NCBI GenBank assembly: GCA_024278615.1
Contig: JAJRSS010000014.1
Location: forward strand, 1 to 52,699
DNA length: 52,699 nt
Reading direction: 5' to 3'
DNA from: Alphaproteobacteria bacterium
GTDB taxonomy: Bacteria; Pseudomonadota; Alphaproteobacteria; Rhodospirillales; 2-02-FULL-58-16
The position numbers and the translations under genes were made by a program. Positions 28,824 through 37,316 of the stretch are shown here, piece after piece (the stretch's first letter is position 1; every line of letters begins with the position of its first letter). The notes beneath the pieces are model-generated. The model was not told the DNA's origin and did no database searches. It saw nothing but the letters and a program-made list of their open reading frames with translations.

Positions 28824-28833
28824 GTGTCCGTAG
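28036..28833 (+). pseudogene. Truncated rve/integrase-core (DDE) transposase, ISNCY/IS481-like
   Basis: ATG at 28036 follows AAGGAGG. An HTH region (EASELLGISVSSFRRWRRRF) is followed by DDE residues in TMDDATS, YADRGSHY and SPEARGRSER. The reading frame ends in the left end of copy C right after FGTLQKR, so the C-terminal domain is missing. The family name is from memory only. Confidence 0.7.
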
Positions 28834-29073
28834 CACATGATTTGACCGGGTGATGTAGCACACGAGTTGACCGATTCTGGAACGGTTCTCAAGGAGGGAT
28901 CGTTTATGGATCGGACGACAGTGTTGCAAGAGGTACGGATCATGAGGTTTGAGGATATCTACGGGCGGTTTGAGAAGGGCCGTTTAGGGCGCGAGCGAGG
29001 AGGCGTTCAATCCTCCCTTCCTTTCTTCCTTTGGAAGAGTCGTAAAACCGGACAGATCACATGTTACTGACCA
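28824..29073 (+). mobile_element. IS copy C: left ~165 bp, then a possible degenerate right inverted repeat (internally deleted derivative?)
   Basis: 28824..about 28988 matches copy B positions 1-165. 29048..29073 (CCGGACAGATCACATGTTACTGACCA) matches the reverse complement of the left terminus at 18 of 26 positions by hand alignment. Confidence 0.45.
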
Positions 29074-29083
29074 TAAAAAAGAC

Positions 29084-29097
29084 AGTTGTATACAACT
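29084..29097. promoter_or_regulatory. Perfect 14-bp palindrome AGTTGTATACAACT, GntR-type operator candidate upstream of ehuB
   Basis: Read directly. The core TTGTATACAA fits the GT-N-AC pattern of FadR/GntR-type operators. It lies 140 bp upstream of the ehuB ATG, and a GntR gene sits in the cluster. Confidence 0.45.
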
Positions 29098-29236
29098 TTC
29101 AGATTTTGAGCTAATATCTCCTCATAATGACAATAAAGTGGCAAAATTTTTACGAATTGTATCCAACAAGCAGTTCACTCTGAAAAGCCACCACCCAATC
29201 AAATCGTAGATGCCGCGTTTTACCAATTGAAGGGAG

Positions 29237-30145
29237 ATGAAAATGAACGTCCTACTTAAGACGAAATTAGCGACGAGGCTCGCCTCGACAATCGTCGCTA
29301 TTGCCCTGGCTGGCACGGCCGTGGCGGCAAACGCCCAAAGCCTAAAGGAAAAATACCGGAACGAAGGTGTTGTCGTTGGCTTGGCCGGCTATGCGCCCTA
29401 CGGTTACAAACTGATTGATGGCACCTTTACGGGTGAACAGGTCGAGGTCGTCAAGCATGTGCTTGGAAAGATGGGGATCAATAAAATCAGCTATAAGGTC
29501 ATGAGCTTCGGCGCGTTGATCCCCGGCATGGTGGCGGGACGCCTGAATATGGCGGCGGCCGGCATCTATATCCGCCCGAAGCGGTGCAAGGCGGTCTTGT
29601 TCTCACAGCCGACTTTCGGCCAGGGCGCGGCCTACGTCGTCAAGAAGGGGAATCCGAAGAATTTGCATAATTTCAAGGATATCGCCAAGACCGAAGGGGC
29701 TATACTTGCCGTCTTGGCGGGCGGCACGGAATACACGCTCGCCAAGAAGGATGGGGTGCCGGAAGAAAAGCTGATGCAGATTTCCGACAAGGCCGCCGGA
29801 ATTGGGGCCGTCCTTGCCGGGCGGGCGGATGGATTCGCGCTTTCGGCGCTGGCCATTGCCGACATCGCCCGCACGGCGGGTGACCTGATCGGAGTCGAGA
29901 GCTCGGGCGGCATTACCGAAATCGCGGGCGAAACCTACCAAGGTCACGGGGCGATTGCCTTTTCCAAAGGTCAGACCGAGGCCGACCTGAAGGCGGCGAT
30001 GATCTTTCGGGACGAATTCACAGCGATCCTGAAGGGCTACCTGGCGGCCGGCGGGGGGTATGCCGAGATGGCCGGGCGCTGGGGCTTTACCTCGGCCGAG
30101 CGTCCGAGCAAAACCATGAAGGAGCTCTGTGGTTCTGGTCTGTAA
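29237..30145 (+). CDS. ehuB: Ectoine/hydroxyectoine ABC transporter substrate-binding protein (family 3 SBP)
   Basis: 302-aa ORF with a signal peptide (AIALAGTAVAANA) and a polar-amino-acid SBP pattern. The assignment to Ehu rests on genomic context with the eut/doe genes. Confidence 0.75.
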   Translation: MKMNVLLKTKLATRLASTIVAIALAGTAVAANAQSLKEKYRNEGVVVGLAGYAPYGYKLIDGTFTGEQVEVVKHVLGKMGINKISYKVMSFGALIPGMVAGRLNMAAAGIYIRPKRCKAVLFSQPTFGQGAAYVVKKGNPKNLHNFKDIAKTEGAILAVLAGGTEYTLAKKDGVPEEKLMQISDKAAGIGAVLAGRADGFALSALAIADIARTAGDLIGVESSGGITEIAGETYQGHGAIAFSKGQTEADLKAAMIFRDEFTAILKGYLAAGGGYAEMAGRWGFTSAERPSKTMKELCGSGL

Positions 30146-30227
30146 CCTAGTCATCTTCCCGTACCTGGCTGGCCCTCGCCCAAACGCGTGGGGTTGAGCC
30201 GGGCGCGGGGTTGGATGAGTTGAACCG

Positions 30228-30956
30228 ATGCCCCTGCGCGGGTTAATCATATTGCTGATCGCCGACGTCGTCATCGGCAGTGCATATTTCTTTTCCTCTC
30301 CCTTCGCTGGCGCGGTGCAAGTCTTCCGTGAGGCGGCGGCGACGACGTTGTGGATCACCGGATTATCGGCCGTGCTCGCCGTCGTTTTCGCCTTTCCCAG
30401 CGCGCTTGGAAAACTCTCTCCCTGGTGGCCGCTGCGCTGGTTCGCCAACGCTTATATCGAGGTTTTTCGCGGCACCTCGGCCTTGGTGCAGATCTTCTGG
30501 ATCTATTTCGTGCTACCGCAGCTTGGCCTCGAGCTGCCGTCACTCATGGCCGGGGTGCTCGCCATTTCGCTCAATGTCGGAGCCTACGGCGCCATTGTCG
30601 TCGAAGGCGCGATCAAGGCGGTGCCGCGAGGTCAGAGGGAGGCGGCGACGTCGCTCAACATGTCCGGTTTTCAGTCGATGCGGCGCATTATAATACCGCA
30701 AGCATTGGTGCTCATGCTTCCGCCTTGGGGAAACCTGATGATTCAGCTCTTCAAGATGACGTCGCTGGTCTATGTCGTCGGCATCGCCGAGTTGACCTAT
30801 ACGGCCTACCAGCTCAACCAGACCACCTATCAAGCTATTCCCGTCTACTCAATCATATTGTTCCTCTATCTCGCCATCGGACTTTCAATCACCATTGCCA
30901 TGCGGCTGCTGGAAAATAAGCTGTCCCGTGGCCTGGCGCGGGGCAGGATCGTATGA
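30228..30956 (+). CDS. ehuC: Ectoine/hydroxyectoine ABC transporter permease
   Basis: 242-aa ORF of the HisM/GlnP-type permease family (IEVFRGTSALVQIFWIYFVLP), plus context. Confidence 0.75.
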   Translation: MPLRGLIILLIADVVIGSAYFFSSPFAGAVQVFREAAATTLWITGLSAVLAVVFAFPSALGKLSPWWPLRWFANAYIEVFRGTSALVQIFWIYFVLPQLGLELPSLMAGVLAISLNVGAYGAIVVEGAIKAVPRGQREAATSLNMSGFQSMRRIIIPQALVLMLPPWGNLMIQLFKMTSLVYVVGIAELTYTAYQLNQTTYQAIPVYSIILFLYLAIGLSITIAMRLLENKLSRGLARGRIV

Positions 30957-31612
30957 CCTTCGAATGGGATTATCTGATGGAAGTGCTGCCGCTGATAGCG
31001 CAGGCTTCGCTCGTCACCATCGAGGCGACACTGGGTGGTTTCGCCCTCGCCGCGGTACTTGGGTTGCTGCTCGCCGTGCTGCGCAGCCTGCGCTTCGCCC
31101 CCGTGCGGGTGGCCGTCAGCGTCTTCATCGAGGCCGTGCGCTCGACGCCGCTGTTGATCCAGTTGTTCGCCCTCTACTACATCCTGCCTGGCATCGGTAT
31201 CATTATTCCGGCCATGGCATGCGGTATTCTGGCGCTCGGCGTGCACTATTCATGCTATTGCGCCGAAGTCTACCGGGCTGGGCTCGACAACGTGCCGCGC
31301 GGCCAATGGGAGGCGGCGACATCGCTCAATTTCACAACCTACGACACATTTACCCGCATCGTCCTGCCGCAGGCCGTACCGCCGGTCGTGCCGGCGCTCG
31401 GGAACTATCTCATAACCATGTTCAAGGAAACGCCGATCCTGCTAACGATCTCGATTATCGAAATGATGTCGCGCGCCCTCATTATCGGAAAAGACACCTT
31501 CCGCTACACCGAGCCGGTTACCGTCGTCGGGGTTTTGTTTTTGCTTTTCAGCTTGACCTCGGCGTGGGGCGTACGCCGCTTTGGAGCCTGGCTGACGGGC
31601 CGTTGGGGGTGA
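30953..31612 (+). CDS. ehuD: Ectoine/hydroxyectoine ABC transporter permease
   Basis: 219-aa ORF overlapping ehuC by 4 nt. It has a HisM/GlnP-type permease pattern (IEAVRSTPLLIQLFALYYILP). Confidence 0.75.
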   Translation: MTFEWDYLMEVLPLIAQASLVTIEATLGGFALAAVLGLLLAVLRSLRFAPVRVAVSVFIEAVRSTPLLIQLFALYYILPGIGIIIPAMACGILALGVHYSCYCAEVYRAGLDNVPRGQWEAATSLNFTTYDTFTRIVLPQAVPPVVPALGNYLITMFKETPILLTISIIEMMSRALIIGKDTFRYTEPVTVVGVLFLLFSLTSAWGVRRFGAWLTGRWG

Positions 31613-31616
31613 TCTG

Positions 31617-32393
31617 ATGGAACCGATTATCAAATTTGACAAGGTAACCAAGCGCTACGGCGACTTGACCGTACTCGACCGGCTGGATCTCGACGTCGCG
31701 CCAAATGAAAAGGTATCGATTATCGGGCCATCGGGATCGGGCAAGACAACCGTGCTTCGGCTGCTGATGACGCTGGAGAAAATAGATGGCGGGGTTATCC
31801 ATGTCGATAATGAACCAATGACCCACATGCCGAGCCCCGGCGGAACTCTTGTCGCCGCTAACGAGGCATATCTGCGCCGCGTGCGCGGCAAGATCGGCAT
31901 GGTCTTCCAGCACTTTAACCTGTTCCCGCACATGACCGCACTTGGCAATTGTGCCGAGGCGCCGATACGCGTGCTTGGGCTGTCGAAAGATGAAGCAACG
32001 GGCCGGGCGGCCGAGCTTCTTGAAATGGTCGGTCTCGCCGACAAGATAAACCACTACCCAAGCCAACTCTCGGGCGGCCAGCAGCAACGTGTTGCCATTG
32101 CCCGCTCGCTCGCCATGCGGCCCAAGATCATGCTGTTCGACGAAGTCACATCGGCACTGGACCCGGAGGTCATTGGCGAGGTGCTGGAGGTTATCCGATC
32201 GCTTGCCACTGAACACAACCTGACCATGCTTATGGTAACCCACCAGATCGGCTTCGCGCGGGAGTTCTCCGATCGGATATGCTTCTTTTCCGATGGGCGC
32301 ATCGCCGAACAGGGCGCGCCTTGCGAGATTCTCGACAATCCACGTAACGAACGCACGCAACAATTCCTACGGGCGGTGCTGCATGCCACCTAA
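31617..32393 (+). CDS. ehuA: Ectoine/hydroxyectoine ABC transporter ATP-binding protein
   Basis: 258-aa ORF with Walker A GPSGSGKTT, signature LSGGQQQRVAIARS and Walker B LFDEVTSALD. Confidence 0.8.
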   Translation: MEPIIKFDKVTKRYGDLTVLDRLDLDVAPNEKVSIIGPSGSGKTTVLRLLMTLEKIDGGVIHVDNEPMTHMPSPGGTLVAANEAYLRRVRGKIGMVFQHFNLFPHMTALGNCAEAPIRVLGLSKDEATGRAAELLEMVGLADKINHYPSQLSGGQQQRVAIARSLAMRPKIMLFDEVTSALDPEVIGEVLEVIRSLATEHNLTMLMVTHQIGFAREFSDRICFFSDGRIAEQGAPCEILDNPRNERTQQFLRAVLHAT

Positions 32394-33117
32394 AGCGAAT
32401 TCCACTTCCCGGATGCGCTCCAAGGCGGTCTACCACAAGATTCGCGAGCGTATCTGCCTGTTGCAGTATCCACCGGGGCTGCGCCTGTCCGAGGAGAAAT
32501 TGGCCGATGAGTTCGACGTCAGCCGTTCACCGATCCGCCGGGTATTGGCCCGGCTCGAATCGGAAAGGCTTGTTGACCGGCAACACGGCGCCGGGACATT
32601 CGTCACCGCCCTTGACCACGACGCCCTTGAGGAAGTAATCGCCTTCCGCATGCGGCTTGCCGAGATGATCGGTGAGCTGAACCCGTTAGTGCCGGGTCCG
32701 ACGGAGGTGGCGGTGCTGCGCGAGTGCAAGCGACGGCTTGAAGACATTCTCGATTATCCGGACATCCATGCCTTCGCCAGTATAAATATGGACTATTTCC
32801 TCACCATAACGTCGCTGATCGGCAACAAAGCGCTGCGCGAAGTATCGGAGCGGTTATTTTTCGAGACGGCGCGCATGTGGATCGATGGTTTTCCCGCGCT
32901 TGACTGGCGGGAAATGACCACCAAGGTCATGCGCGAGATCGACGAGGTTGCTCAGGCGATGGAGATCGGCGATATGCGCGCCGTCGGATTGATCAGCCGT
33001 AATTATATTTCCATGAACCTGATGATGTTGCTGCGCGAGGTCCGCGAGCGGACACCCGCGCGACAATCGAAAGCTGGGGATGGCATTCGAATGCGACCTC
33101 AAGGCGGAACCAAATAG
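32383..33117 (+). CDS. GntR-family transcriptional regulator (FCD/FadR-like C-terminal domain)
   Basis: The start was reset to the ATG at 32383 (alternative 32413). The wHTH region reads VYHKIRERICLLQYPPGLRLSEEKLADEFDVSRSPIRRVLARLESERLV. The upstream part of track ORF 32293.. overlaps ehuA. Confidence 0.8.
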   Translation: MPPKANSTSRMRSKAVYHKIRERICLLQYPPGLRLSEEKLADEFDVSRSPIRRVLARLESERLVDRQHGAGTFVTALDHDALEEVIAFRMRLAEMIGELNPLVPGPTEVAVLRECKRRLEDILDYPDIHAFASINMDYFLTITSLIGNKALREVSERLFFETARMWIDGFPALDWREMTTKVMREIDEVAQAMEIGDMRAVGLISRNYISMNLMMLLREVRERTPARQSKAGDGIRMRPQGGTK

Positions 33118-34101
33118 ATGACCAATACCCCCGTCCCTTATAGCGCTATCGTCGAAGCGCGCCGGCGCATAGATGGGCTGGTCCTGAAAACGCCGCTCTG
33201 TTTCTCCCCTACCCTGTCGGAGTTAGCGGGCAACCCGGTACATATAAAATTCGAGCATCATCAAGTCAGCGGCAGCTTCAAACCGCGCGGCGCCGCCAAC
33301 GCCATTCTTTGCCTCGATACCGAGGCGAAAAAGCGCGGCGTAACCGGCGCGTCGACGGGCAACCACGGTCGCGGACTGGCCCATGCGGCGCGCCAAGCTG
33401 GCATCCGTTGCGTCATCTGCATGTCGACCCTGGTTCCCGCCAACAAGGTCGAGGGGATAAAGGCGCTGGGTGCCGAGGTCCGCATCGTCGGCGCGTCACA
33501 AGATGATGCGCAAGTCGAAGCCGAGCGCCTTGTCCATGAAGACGGCATGGTCATGATTCCGCCCTTTGACCATCCAGCCGTGATCGCCGGACAGGGTACG
33601 CTCGGCCTTGAAATCCTGGATCAATGCGTGGACGTTTCGACCATTGTCGCGCCACTGTCCGGCGGCGGGTTGATCTCGGGCATCGCCCTGGCGACCAAGA
33701 CGAACCGCAAGGAGATACGTATCATTGGCGTCAGCATGACCCGCGGCGCCGCCATGCACGCCAGCCAGAAAGCGGGAAAGCCGGTCAAGGTCGAAGAACT
33801 GGCGACAATCGCCGATTCGCTGGGCGGCGGCATCGGCCTCGACAACGCCTTCACCTTCAAGATGGTTCGCGATCTGGTCGACGGCATCGTGCTGCTTTCC
33901 GAGGATGAAATCATGCAAGGCATCGACCATGCCTACTGGAACGAGGGAGAGGTCGTCGAAGGCGCCGGCGCGGCGGCCATCGGCGCCATGGTCGCCAAGC
34001 GTATGGATGTATCCGGCCCGACCGTTCTGGTCGCCAGCGGCAAAAACATCGACATGAAACTGCATCACCGAATCATTTCCGGCGAACGCATATCGATCTA
34101 G
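33118..34101 (+). CDS. eutB: Threonine-dehydratase-like PLP enzyme (hydroxyectoine utilisation EutB type)
   Basis: 327-aa ORF with the PLP-lysine motif HHQVSGSFKPRGA and a GGGL loop. It sits next to eutC/doeA as in described eut clusters. Confidence 0.75.
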   Translation: MTNTPVPYSAIVEARRRIDGLVLKTPLCFSPTLSELAGNPVHIKFEHHQVSGSFKPRGAANAILCLDTEAKKRGVTGASTGNHGRGLAHAARQAGIRCVICMSTLVPANKVEGIKALGAEVRIVGASQDDAQVEAERLVHEDGMVMIPPFDHPAVIAGQGTLGLEILDQCVDVSTIVAPLSGGGLISGIALATKTNRKEIRIIGVSMTRGAAMHASQKAGKPVKVEELATIADSLGGGIGLDNAFTFKMVRDLVDGIVLLSEDEIMQGIDHAYWNEGEVVEGAGAAAIGAMVAKRMDVSGPTVLVASGKNIDMKLHHRIISGERISI

Positions 34102-34122
34102 CGGATAGGCCAGGACAAAAAA

Positions 34123-35115
34123 ATGGGCCAGATTACTATCGTCACGGAAAGCGACCTGCGCTCGGCCATGGCCCTCGACCTTGGCGCCGTCGATTGCGTC
34201 GAGAACGCCTTTCGCGCCCTGGCCACCGAAGCCGTGATCATGCCGCCGGTCCTGCGGCTCGATATCAAGGAATATAACGGCGAGGTCGATGTTAAAACCG
34301 CCTACGTGCCCGGCATCGACAGCTTCGCCATCAAGATCAGCCCCGGCTTTTTCGACAATCCGAAATTGGGCCTTGCCAGTGTCAACGGACTGATGGTTCT
34401 GTTTTCGGCGCATACCGGACTGGTCGAGGCGGTATTGCTCGACAACGGCTTTTTGACCGATGTGCGGACCGCCGCCGCCGGGGCCGTCGCAGCCCGCCAC
34501 CTGGCCCGCGCCGATGCCCGGCGCGTGGCCATTTTCGGGGCCGGGGTTCAGGCGCGCTTACAGCTCGAAGCCTTGACCCTGGTCCGGCCGATCGAGGCGG
34601 CGGTCGTCTGGGCCCGCGATGCAAACAAGGCCAAAGCCGTAGCCGACGATCTTTGCCGCGACCTGGGTTTACCGGTCAGCGCCGAGCCCGATCCGGAACG
34701 AGCGCTGGCCAGGGCCGACATCGTGGTCACGACGACCCCGGCGAAACGGCCGATCCTTTTGTCGGAATGGCTGCGCTCCGGCCAACATGTGACGGCCATG
34801 GGTTCGGACGCGGAACACAAGAACGAGATCGATCCCGCTGCTATCGCCAGAGCCGACCTGTATGTCGCCGACAGCCGGGCCCAGGCTGCCGTTCTTGGCG
34901 AACTGCGCCACGCCATCGACAGCGGTGCCGTCTCGGCCAACGACCAGGTTCCTCAACTGGGCGAAATCATCGCCGGGATCGCGCCCGGCAGGACATCGGA
35001 TGACCAGTTGACGATCTGCGACCTGACCGGCACCGGTGTCCAGGACACCGCCATCGCGGCCCTGGCCCGCCAACGGCTTACCGGCCGGGCCGCCGGCACC
35101 ATTATCGAAAACTAA
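34123..35115 (+). CDS. eutC: Ornithine cyclodeaminase/mu-crystallin family protein (EutC type)
   Basis: 330-aa ORF with the Rossmann motif VAIFGAGVQA and the family-typical TDVRTAAAGAVAA. Confidence 0.75.
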   Translation: MGQITIVTESDLRSAMALDLGAVDCVENAFRALATEAVIMPPVLRLDIKEYNGEVDVKTAYVPGIDSFAIKISPGFFDNPKLGLASVNGLMVLFSAHTGLVEAVLLDNGFLTDVRTAAAGAVAARHLARADARRVAIFGAGVQARLQLEALTLVRPIEAAVVWARDANKAKAVADDLCRDLGLPVSAEPDPERALARADIVVTTTPAKRPILLSEWLRSGQHVTAMGSDAEHKNEIDPAAIARADLYVADSRAQAAVLGELRHAIDSGAVSANDQVPQLGEIIAGIAPGRTSDDQLTICDLTGTGVQDTAIAALARQRLTGRAAGTIIEN

Positions 35116-35136
35116 AACCACAATAAAGAGTACAAC

Positions 35137-36318
35137 ATGCCTGACATTTCACTCAACTTCAGCCGCGCTGAATTCGCGGAGCGCCTTGCGAAAGTGCAGA
35201 CAGCCATGGCCGCCGCCGGCATCGATTGTTTGCTGGTGAGCGATCCCTCAAACATGGCATGGTTGACCGGCTACGACGGCTGGTCGTTCTACGTTCATCA
35301 ATGCGTCATCGTGCCCGCCGGCGAGCAACCGATCTGGTACGGCCGTTCGCAAGATGCCAAGGGCGCCTTGCTGACCGTCTATATGAACGAGGACCGTATC
35401 GTCGGTTATCCCGATCACTACGTCCAGTCGTCGGAACGTCATCCGATGGACCATCTTTCCGGCCTGCTTGCTGACCGCGGCTTGGCCCGTGGGGTCATCG
35501 GCGTCGAAATGGACAACTACTATTTTTCCGCCGCCGCATACGCCTCGCTGACCCGCAATCTTGCTAACGTCACGTTCAAGGACGCCACCGCCCTGGTCAA
35601 CTGGCAGCGCGCCGTCAAGTCCGAGACCGAGCTTGAATACATGCGCCGGGCCGGCCGTATTGTTTCGGGCATGCAGGCGCGTATTGCCGAAAAAATCGAG
35701 GTCGGCTTGCGCAAATGCGACCTGGTGGCGGAAATCTACGACGCCGGGATACGAGGGGTTGACGGTTTCGGCGGAGATTATCCGGCCATCGTGCCGCTTT
35801 TGCCGTCGGGGGCCGATGCCGCGGCACCGCACCTGACCTGGGACGACGAACCGATGCAGCCGGGCCAGGGGACCTTCTTCGAGATCGCCGGCTGTTATAA
35901 GCGCTATCACTGCCCGCTTTCTCGAACCGTGTTCCTGGGCAAGCCGCCGGTCAAGTTTTTGGATGCAGAGCAAGCAGTGCTCGAAGGCATGGCGGCCGGG
36001 CTGGAAAAGGCCCGCGCCGGCAACGTCTGCGAGGATATCGCCAACGCCTTTTTCGCCGTGCTCAGAAAACACGATATTTCCAAGGACACCCGCGCCGGTT
36101 ATCCGATCGGCGTTTCCTATCCGCCCGATTGGGGCGAGCGGACCATGAGCCTGCGCCCCGGCGACAAAACGGAGATGAAGGAAAACATGACTTTTCACTT
36201 CATGACCGGCCTATGGCAGGAAGACTGGGGCCTGGAAATCACCGAAAGCATTGTCATCGGCGGGTCGGGGCCGGAACTGCTGGCCGACTATCCACGCCAA
36301 CTCCTGATCAAGGACTGA
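35137..36318 (+). CDS. doeA: Ectoine hydrolase (creatinase-N + M24 peptidase fold)
   Basis: 393-aa ORF with a creatinase-like N-terminal domain and an M24 pita-bread domain. The segment WLTGYDGWSFYVHQ is remembered as typical of DoeA/EutD. It is followed directly by doeB. Confidence 0.8.
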   Translation: MPDISLNFSRAEFAERLAKVQTAMAAAGIDCLLVSDPSNMAWLTGYDGWSFYVHQCVIVPAGEQPIWYGRSQDAKGALLTVYMNEDRIVGYPDHYVQSSERHPMDHLSGLLADRGLARGVIGVEMDNYYFSAAAYASLTRNLANVTFKDATALVNWQRAVKSETELEYMRRAGRIVSGMQARIAEKIEVGLRKCDLVAEIYDAGIRGVDGFGGDYPAIVPLLPSGADAAAPHLTWDDEPMQPGQGTFFEIAGCYKRYHCPLSRTVFLGKPPVKFLDAEQAVLEGMAAGLEKARAGNVCEDIANAFFAVLRKHDISKDTRAGYPIGVSYPPDWGERTMSLRPGDKTEMKENMTFHFMTGLWQEDWGLEITESIVIGGSGPELLADYPRQLLIKD

Positions 36319-36321
36319 CCG

Positions 36322-37311
36322 ATGCGTACCAACCCAATCGTTTCCACCATTGATTTTAAGGATTCGGGCGTACACCACGGGCACCTCAAGCTACCGTATT
36401 CGCACGATGGTTCGGCTTGGGGGGCGGTGATGATCCCGATCACCATGATCGCCGGCCGACCCGGACCGACGGCGCTGTTGACCGGGGCCAATCATGGCGA
36501 TGAATACGAGGGGCCGGTGGCCCTTCTGGAACTGGCCCGAACCCTGAAGGCGGAAGACGTCTCGGGGCGCGTCATCATTGTTCCGATGATGAACTATCCG
36601 GCCTTTCTAGCCGCCAAAAGAACCTCGCCGATCGATTGCGGCAACATGAACCGCGTCTTCCCAGGCTCGCCGGACGGGACGCCGACGGCCAAGATCGCGG
36701 ACTACTTCCAGCGCACCCTGTTGCCGATGGCCGACATCGTGCTCGACATCCACGCCGGCGGCAAAACGCTGGACTTCGTCCCCTTCGCCGCCGCCCATGC
36801 ATTGGCCGATTCGGAGCAGGAAGCCAGATGCGTCGCCGCCATGCGGGCCTTCAACGCCCCCTATTCGATGATACTGAGCGAGCTTGACAGCGTCGGCATG
36901 TACGACACCGCGGCCGAGGACATGGGCAAGGTCTTTGTCACGACCGAGCTCGGCGGCGGCGGCTCGCTGACGGCGGCATCGGCGGCGATCGCCAAGAAGG
37001 GCGTCGCCAACCTGCTGAAACATGCGGGAATCCTGGAAGGCCAGCCCGAGATCGGGGCTTCCGTCGACTTGGATACCGGGGCCGACGGTTGCTTCACGAT
37101 ATCGACGAGCGAGGGCCTGCTGGAAATGCTGGTCGATCTCGGCGACACGGTCGAGAAGGGCCAGCCCATCGCCCGCATCCACGATGTCAAACGCTCGGGG
37201 ACCGAGCCCACCCTTTTCCACGCCGGCGTCTTCGGCATCCTCGCCGGACGTTATTTCCCCGGCTTGATCGGAATCGGCGATTGCCTGGCCGTGATCGCAG
37301 TAGTGGCCTGA
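36322..37311 (+). CDS. doeB: N2-acetyl-L-2,4-diaminobutanoate deacetylase (succinylglutamate desuccinylase/aspartoacylase family)
   Basis: 329-aa ORF with the zinc-ligand region GANHGDEYEG and the AstE/AspA family pattern. It starts 3 nt after the doeA stop. Confidence 0.8.
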   Translation: MRTNPIVSTIDFKDSGVHHGHLKLPYSHDGSAWGAVMIPITMIAGRPGPTALLTGANHGDEYEGPVALLELARTLKAEDVSGRVIIVPMMNYPAFLAAKRTSPIDCGNMNRVFPGSPDGTPTAKIADYFQRTLLPMADIVLDIHAGGKTLDFVPFAAAHALADSEQEARCVAAMRAFNAPYSMILSELDSVGMYDTAAEDMGKVFVTTELGGGGSLTAASAAIAKKGVANLLKHAGILEGQPEIGASVDLDTGADGCFTISTSEGLLEMLVDLGDTVEKGQPIARIHDVKRSGTEPTLFHAGVFGILAGRYFPGLIGIGDCLAVIAVVA

Positions 37312-37316
37312 AAAAA

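Noticed and set aside
19481-28935. Three ~110-bp near-identical repeats considered as a possible CRISPR-like or other regular repeat array.
   Set aside because: The spacing is irregular (8.4 kb and 0.87 kb). The repeats are far longer than CRISPR repeats, and copy B continues into a transposase gene. They are IS termini.
37089-37316. N-terminal 76-codon extension of the MOSC-fusion ORF (track start 37089).
   Set aside because: It overlaps the 3' end of doeB in another frame and is Arg/Pro-rich. The ATG at 37317, just after the doeB stop, gives a normal MOSC N-terminus.
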